From Nitrospira sp. (GTDB lineage Bacteria; UBA10199; SBBF01): a stretch of 29,838 bases of DNA. The stretch covers positions 1 through 29,838 of the forward strand of contig SBBF01000080.1 in assembly GCA_005240075.1 (NCBI GenBank), written 5' to 3'. Position 1 is the stretch's first letter, and each line of letters opens with the position of its first letter. The notes below the pieces were generated by a model. That model had not been told where the DNA came from, made no database searches, and saw only the letters and a program-made list of their open reading frames with translations. A program made the translations under genes and the position numbers. Shown here piece after piece: positions 14,366 to 23,389 of this stretch.

Positions 14366-14397
14366 GGGGGCGCCAGCGGCAAAGCCCCCATTATAAT

Positions 14398-14487
14398 GGA
14401 GAGGTGGCCGAGTGGTCGAAGGCGCCTGACTCGAAATCAGGTATACCTTTACCGGTATCGTGGGTTCGACTCCCACCCTCTCCGCCA
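14398..14487 (+). tRNA. tRNA-Ser (anticodon CGA), type II, with encoded CCA
   Basis: Manual fold: acceptor GGAGAGG/CCTCTCC, anticodon stem CCTGA/TCAGG with loop CTCGAAA, long variable arm, T-arm GTGGG-TTCGACT-CCCAC, 3' GCCA. Confidence 0.85.
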
Positions 14488-14510
14488 AGAAAGAGCTGAT
14501 TTGTCTCATG

Positions 14511-16841
14511 TACAAATTAGTCGCCATCACACTGATGTTGATGGTTGTCTCCTGCCAATCCAAACTGGAGCTATTTCCCATGGAAGATCATCAATCCAAT
14601 CAAACCGGTTTTTCACAGGATGGTCAACTGCCTGGTGCTCAACCCTTTTCGCCGCCTCTCATAAAACAGTTTGAAGATATGAGAAAGATCCGAGGCGATG
14701 AGTACCAACCACGGACCAGACATCTTCGCCCTGACGGTTGGGCCAAATACACCAATCGTCTTTTTCTTGAATCATCTCCCTATCTGCTCCAGCACGCACA
14801 TAATCCGGTCAATTGGCACCCGTGGGGGGATGAGGCATTCGATGCGGCCAAAAAACTGAATCGCCCCGTGCTGGTCAGCATCGGGTATTCGACCTGCCAC
14901 TGGTGTCATGTCATGGAAGAGGAATCTTTTGAGGACGAAGAAATCGCCCAAACCCTGAACGAAAACTACATTGCCATCAAAGTCGATCGGGAAGAGCGCC
15001 CAGATATCGATGCCATCTACATGAGCGCCGTTCAGGCCATGACAGGGGGAGGAGGCTGGCCGATGAATGTCTGGCTAACCCCCGATCGAAAGCCCTATTT
15101 TGGAGGAACCTATTTTCCCCCCCGTGACGGGGATCGCGGAACACGAACCGGATTCTTGACCCTTCTTTTGCGATTGAAAGAAATCTACCAGAGAGAACCT
15201 GAAAAAGTTGTCGATTCATCAAATCAACTGGCCCAGGCAATCAGCGAAAATCTTGTCCAGGAAGAGATAGGGAGCGGGATTCCCGACGCGCAGATTTTTC
15301 ACAAGGTCGTTTCGGTGTACAAAAATCGCTTCGACGAAAAAGAGGGAGGGCTGGACATTACCCCCAAGTTTCCAAGCCAGACACCGATCCGATTCCTGCT
15401 TCGCTATCATCGCCGCACAGGTGACGAGGAAGTTTTAAGAATCGTCATGCACACCTTGAACAAAATGGCCTCCGGTGGAATTTACGATCATGTTGGAGGA
15501 GGTTTCCACCGCTACTCAACAGACACACATTGGCTCGTCCCCCATTTTGAAAAGATGCTCTACGATCATGCCCTGCTGGTGATGACCTATTTGGAAGCCT
15601 GGCAGGCAACCGACAACCCAGACTATGAGCGGATCGTCAAAGAAACCCTTCGGTACATTGAAAGAGATATGACCTCACCTGAGGGGGCTTTTTATTCGGC
15701 CACAGACGCGGATAGCCTTACCCCCAGTGGTCAGCGGGAGGAGGGATACTTTTTCACCTGGACTCCTTCTGAATTAAAAAAGGTTCTTGGCCCCGAAAGA
15801 ATGAGGGTTTTTGAAAAATATTTTATTCTGACAAACGAAGGCAATTTCGAAGGACGACTCATCCTCCATACCCACACAACAACAGCAGAGGTGGCCAAAG
15901 AACTGGGGCTTCCGGCAGAAAAAGTTCAGATTTTGTTGGATGAGTCTAAAAAACTTCTCTGCCAGGAACGAAACAAACGGCCGCCCCCTCTTCGGGATGA
16001 AAAAATACTCGCCTCCTGGAACGGACTAATGATTTCTGCCCATGCCCAGTCGGGACTTGTTTTGAATGATACCCGCTATACAGAGCGAGCCATCAAGGCA
16101 GCCCGGTTTATCTTTGACAAACTTTATACTGAAGGGAGACTCTTTCGGAGTTATAAGGACGGCAAAGCCAGGCACAACGCCTATCTGGATGACTATGCTT
16201 TTTTAACGGCTGGGCTTTTGGATCTTTATGAAGCAACAACGGACCCGCAATGGCTCAAAAGAGCGATCGAATTGGATAAAACGCTGGAAAAATTTTACGA
16301 GGATAAAAAGAATGGCGGTTTTTTTATGACCAGTTCCGATCATGAAAAACTCCTGGCACGGGAAAAGCCAAATTACGATGGCGCTGAGCCCTCTGGAAAT
16401 TCCATTGTTCTTCTGAATCTCTATCGATTGAATGAATTCACTTCCGATGACAGCTATCGCGAACGTGCCGACAAGACGTTGAAAGCCTTCTCTCAGACCC
16501 TGAATTCCCGTCCGAATTCCCTGACAGAAATGCTCATCGCTCTTGATTTCCGCCTCGACAAGCCCCAAGAGATTGTCATCGTGACTCCTGTGGGAAAAAA
16601 GAGTGATGCCGACATGTTTCTTGCCGAATTCAGAAAGAAATATCTTCCCAACAAAATTCTGGTTGTTTCGGAAGAAGGAGATGACCTTCAAAGACAGGCC
16701 GAAATGATTCCTGTAATCAGATCAAAGATGGCCCAGAATGGGAAAACCACCGCCTATGTTTGTGAAAAAGGTGTGTGTCAATTGCCAACGAGCGATCCGG
16801 CAACATTTGCCAAACAAATCAGCACAACTGAGAAATTGTGA
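14511..16841 (+). CDS. yyaL: Thioredoxin-domain protein of the YyaL/DUF255 family (SSP411-like), predicted lipoprotein
   Basis: Lipobox MLMVVSC. DUF255 core [29 protein letters not shown]...[14 protein letters not shown]...[12 protein letters not shown], then GGGWP...YFPP and a C-terminal six-hairpin glycosidase-like region. The track ORF N-terminus (14460-14510) runs through the tRNA. Confidence 0.8.
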   Translation, partial: YKLVAITLMLMVVSCQSKLELFPMEDHQSNQTGFSQDGQLPGAQPFSPPLIKQFEDMRKIRGDEYQPRTRHLRPDGWAKYTNRLFLESSPYLLQHAHNPVNWHPWGDEAFDAAKKLNRPVLVSIGYSTCHWCHVMEEESFEDEEIAQTLNENYIAIKVDREERPDIDAIYMSAVQAMTGGGGWPMNVWLTPDRKPYFGGTYFPPRDGDRGTRTGFLTLLLRLKEIYQREPEKVVDSSNQLAQAISENLVQEEIGSGIPDAQIFHKVVSVYKNRFDEKEGGLDITPKFPSQTPIRFLLRYHRRTGDEEVLRIVMHTLNKMASGGIYDHVGGGFHRYSTDTHWLVPHFEKMLYDHALLVMTYLEAWQATDNPDYERIVKETLRYIERDMTSPEGAFYSATDADSLTPSGQREEGYFFTWTPSELKKVLGPERMRVFEKYFILTNEGNFEGRLILHTHTTTAEVAKELGLPAEKVQILLDESKKLLCQERNKRPPPLRDEKILASWNGLMISAHAQSGLVLNDTRYTERAIKAARFIFDKLYTEGRLFRSYKDGKARHNAYLDDYAFLTAGLLDLYEATTDPQWLKRAIELDKTLEKFYEDKKNGGFFMTSSDHEKLLAREKPNYDGAEPSGNSIVLLNLYRLNEFTSDDSYRERADKTLKAFSQTLNSRPNSLTEMLIALDFRLDKPQEIVIVTPVGKKSDADMFLAEFRKKYLPNKILVVSEEGDDLQRQAEMIPVIRSKMAQNGKTTAYVCEKGVCQLPTSDPATFAKQISTTEKL

Positions 16842-17000
16842 AGTGCCCCGGGCTTGCACCGGGGGGGGGTCCGGTGAACTTCACCAAGCCCGGAGGGCAT
16901 TGAGGGGGAGGCAACTATCTTACTTCGCAAACCTAACAGTTTGCTACGCGCCGCGAATGAATCGCGGCTTGTATCCGGCTTCACCGGTGGAGGGGGCAAC
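16842..17000 (+). repeat. GC-rich multi-hairpin segment after yyaL that shares the TACTTCGCAAA...TTTGCTACGCG module with copy B
   Basis: CCCGGGCTTG[CACCGG-GGGGGGT-CCGGTG]AACTTCACCAAGCCCGG. CTTACTTCGCAAAC-CTAACA-GTTTGCTACGCG, to be compared with copy B ACTTCGCAAAGCC-GAT-GGCTTTGCTACGCG. GCCGCGA-ATGAA-TCGCGGC. Long-range CCGGTGAA / TTCACCGG. Confidence 0.6.
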
Positions 17001-17087
17001 ACTAGTCCTTTAAAAATGATTGTACAAAATTCACTGTTCAACGCTATTCATTTTTTTTATAAAAAGGGCTAAAGAGCTCAGTAATTT

Positions 17088-17543
17088 ATGATTAAGCAAA
17101 CCAGTCAACTGATACTTTTGATTTTTGTCATTTCGTGCGGCGCCGAAAGGCCAAAAAAAATCGCCACCTCCCAGAGCGCTTCTCCGTTGGAAAATTTCAC
17201 AAAAGTCGAAACATGCAATCCTCTCCTGGAATGGAACGGAGTCAATCTCCCAAACAGCCCGTTAGTCACCTATGATGTGGCGATCTACAAGGCAAAAAAA
17301 ATAAAAAAATGGTTTGAACGGGATCAAAGAGTGTTCTACAAGGAAAATTATCCGATAACCCAGATAGGAGTCGTCTCCCCTCTGGAGCCCCAAACAGCTT
17401 ATCTCTGGTCGGTCAGAGTGCGGGATCTGGAAGATAAAGTGTCGCAATGGTCAACCAACAGCAAGTCAATCAAGCATCCCCCCCCTGTTGCCAAATACAA
17501 GGGGCAGTGGCATGCTTTTATGACACCGGATCATTGTGAATAA
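17088..17543 (+). CDS. Hypothetical lipoprotein, 151 aa
   Basis: Signal peptide with a lipobox (LLIFVISCGA). No recognisable family. It is followed by two strong hairpins (17568-17597 GAGCCGGA...TCCGGCTC, and 17640-17667 TCAGGGGGAAA-GCGGGA-TTTCCCCCTGA) and a T-rich run. Confidence 0.55.
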   Translation: MIKQTSQLILLIFVISCGAERPKKIATSQSASPLENFTKVETCNPLLEWNGVNLPNSPLVTYDVAIYKAKKIKKWFERDQRVFYKENYPITQIGVVSPLEPQTAYLWSVRVRDLEDKVSQWSTNSKSIKHPPPVAKYKGQWHAFMTPDHCE

Positions 17544-17709
17544 CAGTAGTTGATAGCGAGCGAGTATGAGCCGGATCGGATTTATTCCGTCCGGCTCAAC
17601 GGAGTGAGCGATTGTACCACGGTGAAAAAGATGGGGGTTTCAGGGGGAAAGCGGGATTTCCCCCTGAGTATAAATGAATAATATTACTTTTTTACAAGGA
17701 GGCAAGAAT

Positions 17710-18510
17710 ATGAATCCCAATTACATGAAACAGATTCGGACAGCTTTGATTATTTTTGGTTTGCTTGTGGTCATCATGGGGCTCTCCCCTTTTGTCCAGG
17801 TTGGTTCTGGCGAAAGAGGGGTTGTCACCCGTTTTGGAGCGGTTCAGGACAAGGTGTTGGGAGAAGGGCTTCACTTTAGAATCCCTGTCATGGAAAAAGT
17901 CATCAAGATCGATGTTAAAACCCAAAAAGTGGAGGTGGATGCCCCCTCTTTTTCAAAAGACCTGCAAAATGTGGACACCACCATTGCCCTTAACTTTCAC
18001 CTGGATCCCACCATGGTCCACCGCTTGTGGCAAGAACTGGGAGCGGAGTATGAGTCGCGGATTATCGCGCCGGCCATCCAGGAATCAGTCAAGGCCACTA
18101 CCGCCAAATTCACAGCGGCGGATCTGGTAGCTGAGCGGGCAAAAGTGAAGGATGAAATTACCCATTCACTCGTCGACAGGCTGAAAACCCGCTATATTCT
18201 GGTGGATGATTTTTCCATCGTGAACTTTGATTTTTCCGACGCCTATGAACATGCGGTTGAGGAAAAACAGGTGGCCCAGCAACAGGCTTTGAAGGCGGAA
18301 AATGATTTGCGTCGTATTCAGATCGAAGCTGACCAGAGAGTGGCCCAGGCCAAGGGGGAGGCAGAAGCGATCCGGATTCAGTCGGCCGCCCTGAAGGAAA
18401 ACCAGGATTTGATCAAGCTGGAAGCGGTTAAAAAATGGAACGGCATCCTCCCGCAGTATGTGATGGGAAATTCCATTCCTCTGATTGAACTTCCAAAATC
18501 GAATCCATGA
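17710..18510 (+). CDS. SPFH/band-7 (prohibitin-like) membrane protein
   Basis: N-terminal TM helix, then an SPFH core (VQVGSGERGVVTRFG...F..PV...V..D...Q....) and a coiled-coil Ala/Gln/Glu-rich tail. AGGAGG lies 8 nt upstream of the ATG at 17710. The track ORF starts at 17674. Confidence 0.8.
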   Translation: MNPNYMKQIRTALIIFGLLVVIMGLSPFVQVGSGERGVVTRFGAVQDKVLGEGLHFRIPVMEKVIKIDVKTQKVEVDAPSFSKDLQNVDTTIALNFHLDPTMVHRLWQELGAEYESRIIAPAIQESVKATTAKFTAADLVAERAKVKDEITHSLVDRLKTRYILVDDFSIVNFDFSDAYEHAVEEKQVAQQQALKAENDLRRIQIEADQRVAQAKGEAEAIRIQSAALKENQDLIKLEAVKKWNGILPQYVMGNSIPLIELPKSNP

Positions 18511-18526
18511 TGCCTGTTTCTTATTA

Positions 18527-19210
18527 ATGTTTCTCCTGTTCCGATTTTTTTTGTTTGTTTTTCTTTTTGTCGGGTTTGTTTCATTTTCGACAGACGCACT
18601 TTCTCCGGAAGAATCGCTTCAGAATGTCAGTTCGAATCCCGATTATGTCGATCTCTCCTCCATTCCAGGGGTGATGGTCGATCTTCGTTACGCCACGAAA
18701 AATAATTTTACGGGAGAAAATATCTACGGCCATTTCAACAAGGCCCTGCTTCATCAACAGGCGGCTGAAAAAATCAAGAAAGCGGCCCAGCTTCTGACAC
18801 AACTTAAACCGGGATGGAAACTCCTGATCTTGGACGCCCTCCGTCCCCGGTCAGCCCAGTGGATTCTCTGGAACAGGGTCAAGGGAACTTTTGAGCAGAA
18901 TTATGTGAAAAATCCACAAGAGGGTTCCGTCCACAATTATGGATTGGCCGTTGATATCACCCTGGCTGATGAACAGGGGAGCGAAGTCGATATGGGGACT
19001 GCTTATGATGCTTTCACACAATTGGCCCAACCGCGTCATGAAAAAAAAAAATTAAAAGAGGGAAAATTAACTTCCAGGCAAATTGAAAATCGCAAGCTCC
19101 TTCGTCGCGTCATGCAATCGGCCGGCTTTATTCAGCTCCCCATCGAATGGTGGCACTTTGATGCTTTCCCTCCTTCCGAGGTCAGAAAAAAGTACAAAAT
19201 CGTGGAATGA
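18527..19210 (+). CDS. ddpX: D-alanyl-D-alanine dipeptidase (VanX/DdpX, peptidase M15D), secreted
   Basis: VDLRYATKNNFTGENIY, GSVHNYGLAVDITL and IEWWHF match the VanX zinc-site motifs (SxHxxGxAxD, E[PW]WH). There is an N-terminal hydrophobic signal. The track ORF begins at a TTG at 18485. The ATG at 18527 is preferred. Confidence 0.75.
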   Translation: MFLLFRFFLFVFLFVGFVSFSTDALSPEESLQNVSSNPDYVDLSSIPGVMVDLRYATKNNFTGENIYGHFNKALLHQQAAEKIKKAAQLLTQLKPGWKLLILDALRPRSAQWILWNRVKGTFEQNYVKNPQEGSVHNYGLAVDITLADEQGSEVDMGTAYDAFTQLAQPRHEKKKLKEGKLTSRQIENRKLLRRVMQSAGFIQLPIEWWHFDAFPPSEVRKKYKIVE

Positions 19211-19467
19211 AAAGAAATATTAGCCTGCAGGTTTTTTGTGTGTTATCTTGAAAATAACCAAAACAATGATAAAAAACACGCACGATTATTCCCATTTCGA
19301 CAGGCAGAATAAAATTCTGCAACTCCGTAGGCTTACAAAAAACAAGGGAATCAAACAAATGGAAGACTTGTTGAAACTGCACCATTTTTTTTCTTCCAGG
19401 AAACATCATCAAACTCACCCTGTGGCGTTGGCCAGGCTGTTAAAATCTTAGCCTGCCAACCAATAAA

Positions 19468-20046
19468 ATGTCCCCAAGAAAGTCTGAAACATCCCTGTTT
19501 GAAAAAGCAGTGCGGAAAGTGATCGGATTTTTGGAAGAACAAAAAATTCCCTACTTTGTCCTGGGGGGTCTTGCCGTGGGGGTCATGGGTGAGCCCCGCT
19601 TTACACGCGACATCGATCTCGACATATTTCTCAATACTGATGAAACAGGTCTTCTTTTGAAAAGGCTTAAACAGGCGGGGTTCACATTCAAAGCTAAAGA
19701 GGCCATGGTCACAGCTACCCAATTCGGCACCTTTCGAATATTTTATAAAACGGTTCAAATTGATATGATTATGGCTTCCACTGATCTGGAAAAAGAAGCT
19801 CTGAAAAGAAAAAAACGAGTTTCTTTTTTTAACCAGAAAACATCATTCCCGTCCGCAGAAGATCTGATTCTTCTCAAGTTGATTCCCGGAAGGCCCAAGG
19901 ACCTGCTGGATGCCGAATCAATCATAATCAGACAAAAAGACAAACTCGATCTGTCTTATCTTGAAAAATGGTCTCGTCAAATTTGCGAACTCTCCGAGGA
20001 CTTTCGGGTGATCAATCAATTAAAGAAAATGCTTGAGAAAAACTAG
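19468..20046 (+). CDS. Pol-beta superfamily minimal nucleotidyltransferase (MNT-like, DUF6036-like C-terminus)
   Basis: YFVLGGLAVGVMGEPRFTRDIDLDI has the hG[GS]-x9-13-DhD nucleotidyltransferase signature. The C-terminal LILLKLIPGRPKDLLDAESII motif is shared with the 28100-28591 protein. Confidence 0.55.
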   Translation: MSPRKSETSLFEKAVRKVIGFLEEQKIPYFVLGGLAVGVMGEPRFTRDIDLDIFLNTDETGLLLKRLKQAGFTFKAKEAMVTATQFGTFRIFYKTVQIDMIMASTDLEKEALKRKKRVSFFNQKTSFPSAEDLILLKLIPGRPKDLLDAESIIIRQKDKLDLSYLEKWSRQICELSEDFRVINQLKKMLEKN

Positions 20047-20066
20047 AAAAATTTTAGAGCTCTCTC

Positions 20067-22043
20067 ATGACCGATAAAATAGCTGGATTGAAAGGTTTGA
20101 CGGTGGTTTCGTTCGAAAGCCGGATGAAGCTTCCGATGCAACGGTTAATTGAAAAGTATGGTGGAAAAGCTTTTGTCGCCCCTTCAATGAAAGAAGTGCC
20201 ACTGGCCGAAAATCCAGGAGCGTTTGATTTTTTTGAAAAACTGGAGAGAGATCAGTTTGATCTGGTGATTTTGATGACAGGGGTAGCCACCCGAACGCTG
20301 ATCCAGACTCTAGAAACCCGTTTCCCGAAGGAACGAATACTCGAAGCCCTTTCCACCAAGACAAAAATTGTCGTCCGGGGACCCAAGCCGACAGCGGTCT
20401 GCAAAATGAACCATATTCCGATTGTGGTGACCGCCCCCGAACCGAATACCTGGCGCGAAATTCTGGCCATCCTGAACGAAGAACAATTATTGGCCAATAA
20501 GCGAGTTGCCGTATTGGAATATGGCATATCGAATGTCTCGTTTTTGGAGGAACTGCAATTGGCCGGAGCCCAGGTGACCCCCGTCGCTGTTTATCAATGG
20601 GCCTTGCCTGATGATCTAGGCCCCTTAAATCAGGCTGTTGATTTAATCCTGGCTGGTGAGGCAGATCTGGCGCTGTTTACCACGTCGGTTCAGGTTGATC
20701 ATCTCCTAAAAATAACGCGCGAGAGGAAAAAAGAATTGGCCTTGCGTCGGGCTTTTCACAAAATCGGTGTTTGTTCTATCGGTCCCACCACAAGCGAAAA
20801 ACTGCGCGACCACCAAATTTTTCCTGATCTGGAGGCGAGCCCTAATAAAATGGATGCACTCGTGGAACAGGTCTCAGAAAAAGGAAAAGAGATTGTAGAG
20901 CAAAAAAGAGCGCGCTCAGAGAAGAGCTGGATATGGAAGGATTATCCGAAATTACGTAGGGGCGATCCTTGTGATCGCCCATTTGATCGGGCGAAGACAA
21001 GCTTCGCCCCTACGGATTCTCCCCTGATGCGCGCCTGCCGGCGCCAACCAAACAAGACGATTCCCATTTGGCTGATGCGCCAGGCGGGCCGTTATATGGC
21101 GGAGTATCATATTTCGCGACGGGGTTTGGGCTTTTTGGAATTTTGCAAGCGACCCGAGCTCACTGCCGAAGCCACCATCACAGCTGTTGAGCGATTAGGG
21201 GTGGATGCCGCCATCATTTTTGCCGATATTCTGCTGATTGTTGAACCAATGGGACTTAATCTCACTTATCTGGAAGGGGAAGGACCGGTGATTGCCACTC
21301 CAATTCGTGATGAAGAGAGTGTCGGCAAACTTAAACCGGTCGAGGTACAGGAGTCTCTCTGTTATGTTCTGGAAGCGGTCAAGACCGTTCGGCAATCGAT
21401 GCGCCCCGATATTCCTCTGATCGGTTTTTGCGGCGCCCCTTTTACCGTCGCTTCCTACATGATTGAGGGGAGAGGGACGGTGTCCCAAGGCTCCAAAAAT
21501 TTTATTCCGACAAAGATCCTGATGCACCAGCATCCGCAAACCTGGCATGAATTGATGGAAAAAATTACAATCGCTTCGATCGATTATTTGAACGCCCAAA
21601 TTGAAGCGGGAGCCGATGTAGTGCAGATCTTTGACAGCTGGGTGGGGGTTTTGAGCCCGCAAGAATACGAGGAGTATGTTCTTCCTCATTCCAAAAGACT
21701 CATTGATGGAATCAAAAAAGGGGTTCCCGTTATTCATTTTGGAACACAGACCGCTTCTCTTCTTTCCCTGATGAAAAAAGCAGGGGGGGATGTGATCGGG
21801 ATTGATTCAAGGACCGACATCCAAAAAGCGTGGGATCAACTGGGAGAGGTTGCCATTCAGGGAAATCTTGATCCGGTGATTCTTTTTTCAAAGCCTGAGA
21901 TTATTTGCAGGGAGGCCGAAAAAATACTCAAAGCTGTCGGGCACAAACCGGGATTTATTTTCAATCTGGGGCATGGCATTCTGCCGGAAACCCCTGTCGA
22001 CAACGTCATGGCGCTGGTTGATTTTGTCCATGAGGCAAAGTAA
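20067..22043 (+). CDS. hemD-hemE: Apparent fusion protein: uroporphyrinogen-III synthase (HemD, N-terminal, about 1-290) plus uroporphyrinogen decarboxylase (HemE, C-terminal, about 313-658)
   Basis: The HemD-like N-half has two alpha/beta subdomains. The HemE half carries RQPNKTIPIWLMRQAGRYM...PELTAEATI...DAAIIFADIL......GFCGAPFT.ASYM......NLGHGI. There is no in-frame stop across the junction. The linker is encoded by the palindromic doublet 20956-21013. An internal ATG at 21025 could start a separate hemE. Confidence 0.75.
   Translation: MTDKIAGLKGLTVVSFESRMKLPMQRLIEKYGGKAFVAPSMKEVPLAENPGAFDFFEKLERDQFDLVILMTGVATRTLIQTLETRFPKERILEALSTKTKIVVRGPKPTAVCKMNHIPIVVTAPEPNTWREILAILNEEQLLANKRVAVLEYGISNVSFLEELQLAGAQVTPVAVYQWALPDDLGPLNQAVDLILAGEADLALFTTSVQVDHLLKITRERKKELALRRAFHKIGVCSIGPTTSEKLRDHQIFPDLEASPNKMDALVEQVSEKGKEIVEQKRARSEKSWIWKDYPKLRRGDPCDRPFDRAKTSFAPTDSPLMRACRRQPNKTIPIWLMRQAGRYMAEYHISRRGLGFLEFCKRPELTAEATITAVERLGVDAAIIFADILLIVEPMGLNLTYLEGEGPVIATPIRDEESVGKLKPVEVQESLCYVLEAVKTVRQSMRPDIPLIGFCGAPFTVASYMIEGRGTVSQGSKNFIPTKILMHQHPQTWHELMEKITIASIDYLNAQIEAGADVVQIFDSWVGVLSPQEYEEYVLPHSKRLIDGIKKGVPVIHFGTQTASLLSLMKKAGGDVIGIDSRTDIQKAWDQLGEVAIQGNLDPVILFSKPEIICREAEKILKAVGHKPGFIFNLGHGILPETPVDNVMALVDFVHEAK
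20956..21013. repeat. REPIN-like inverted doublet of 25-nt GTAG-initiated hairpin units, lying inside the hemD-hemE ORF
   Basis: Unit 1 is GTAGGGGCGATCCTTGTGATCGCCC (20956-20980). Unit 2 on the opposite strand is GTAGGGGCGAAGCTTGTCTTCGCCC (21013-20989). The spacer is 8 nt. Each unit folds as a GGGCGA/TCGCCC hairpin. GTAG 5' termini are the hallmark of REP elements. Confidence 0.6.
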
Positions 22044-22090
22044 ACGCATAAATATATTGTAAATATCTAAATTTCCGTTTACTATGTCTT

Positions 22091-23365
22091 ATGGCCCATT
22101 TAAGGGAAAGATTTGTCCAGAATCCACTCCTCAAATCGCTTGCGTGGTCCCCGGTTGTCGGAATTTACGGGTTGAGGCAGGTCGGAAAAAGCACGCTGGT
22201 GGAAACTGTTGTCAAAAAGAAAAACGGACTCTATGAATCGTTTGACCGCAGCGCTACTCTGACATCGTCAGAGAATCTTCCTTACCAGTTTTGTGAAAGA
22301 GATCGACTTCTCTGCATTGACGAGTGCCAGAAAGGGCCATGGGTTTTCCCAGTTATCAAGGATCTGATTGGAACCAGGCGAAGACCAGGCCGTTTTTTGC
22401 TGACCGGATCCATTCGTTTTACCCTCAAAAAAGAAATCCAAGAGGCACTCACAGGGCGCATCATTTTATATGAGCTTTTACCATTCACCCTCGCTGAAGC
22501 GATGCACCGCACTCCATCACTGTTTTTGGAAACCTGCTTTGAAAAAATTTTCAAGGGGGGTCCGGTCCGGCAAAAGGATTGTGAAGACCTGCTGGACTCT
22601 GTTGGAAAAATGTCGGCTTCGAGAAAGACAGGTTTGCAACAAATCCTCCGGCATTTGTCAGTGGGGGGGATGCCGATTCCCTGCTTCAGCCGTGATGAAG
22701 AGCGCCGTAAGCAGTGGACCGAGGGGTTTTTTGAGACCATGATCACGCGGGATTTGCCCCTGGCGGATCCAGGTTTGTCCGGAATTTTGCCTGCACAGGG
22801 GTTGTCATTTCTCAAACGGCTTGCCCTGATGCAGGGGGAGGAACTGAATTATTCGGAACTGGCGGGAAGCGCGGCTCTTGGTTTGGATAAGGCCAAACGG
22901 ATGTTAAAAGCATTGGTCGCGTTATGTTTGATTGACCTGATCGTTCCCGAGGGGCATGCCCGCAAATCCCAGAGAAAAATGCGCGTGGAATGGAAGGATT
23001 CCGGCTTGTGGAATTATTTTAGTCAGACCCCCTTTCACATGCTCGCCGATAATCAGGCGGCTATGTCCCTTTTCTTGTCACAGGAGCTTCGCTTTCAGCA
23101 GAGCATGACCAAAAGAATGACCCAGTGGACTTATTACAAAAGTCACAACGGCGCGAACATTCCGTGGATAGTCAGGCAGGGACGAAATATGCTTGCGCTT
23201 GTTTATTTGCCAACCGAAAGTCCAACCCCTTATCATTATCGTGCACTCAAGCAACTTTTGGCGCGTGAACCTCAGGGATGCGGCATCATTCTGGGGGCTG
23301 AGAAGGCTCCCTGCAGGGCTCTGGATCATCGCATTTTGCTCATGCCTTACACCACGGTGTTGTAA
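22091..23365 (+). CDS. AAA+ ATPase (AAA_14 plus DUF4143 architecture, COG1373-like)
   Basis: P-loop GLRQVGKST near the N-terminus. 424 aa, the typical size for this family. The C-terminal region is DUF4143-like. Confidence 0.65.
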   Translation: MAHLRERFVQNPLLKSLAWSPVVGIYGLRQVGKSTLVETVVKKKNGLYESFDRSATLTSSENLPYQFCERDRLLCIDECQKGPWVFPVIKDLIGTRRRPGRFLLTGSIRFTLKKEIQEALTGRIILYELLPFTLAEAMHRTPSLFLETCFEKIFKGGPVRQKDCEDLLDSVGKMSASRKTGLQQILRHLSVGGMPIPCFSRDEERRKQWTEGFFETMITRDLPLADPGLSGILPAQGLSFLKRLALMQGEELNYSELAGSAALGLDKAKRMLKALVALCLIDLIVPEGHARKSQRKMRVEWKDSGLWNYFSQTPFHMLADNQAAMSLFLSQELRFQQSMTKRMTQWTYYKSHNGANIPWIVRQGRNMLALVYLPTESPTPYHYRALKQLLAREPQGCGIILGAEKAPCRALDHRILLMPYTTVL

Positions 23366-23389
23366 ATATAGTAGAAAGCAAATAGTCAC

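Noticed and set aside
14391-14396. TATAAT immediately upstream of tRNA-Ser(CGA) as its promoter -10
   Set aside because: It lies only 2 nt from the mature tRNA 5' end. A -10 element should sit about 7 nt before a TSS that is itself upstream of the RNase P site. It is more likely part of the recurrent element-end motif.
13887-14397. CRISPR array interpretation of the repeated hairpins
   Set aside because: The repeats are not direct, not equally spaced, occur in both orientations and are scattered over 30 kb. There are no uniform spacers and no cas genes.
14460-14510. The N-terminal extension [17 protein letters not shown] of the YyaL ORF
   Set aside because: It is translated from within tRNA-Ser(CGA) (14398-14487). 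The real start is the Met at 14511, which begins a lipoprotein signal peptide.
13806-14674. Several 66-147-aa ORFs (13806-14072, 14062-14262, 14138-14581, 14150-14353, 14354-14674) in the repeat-array/tRNA region
   Set aside because: They span hairpin repeats and the tRNA gene, have no RBS and show no protein-family signal. They are most likely non-coding.
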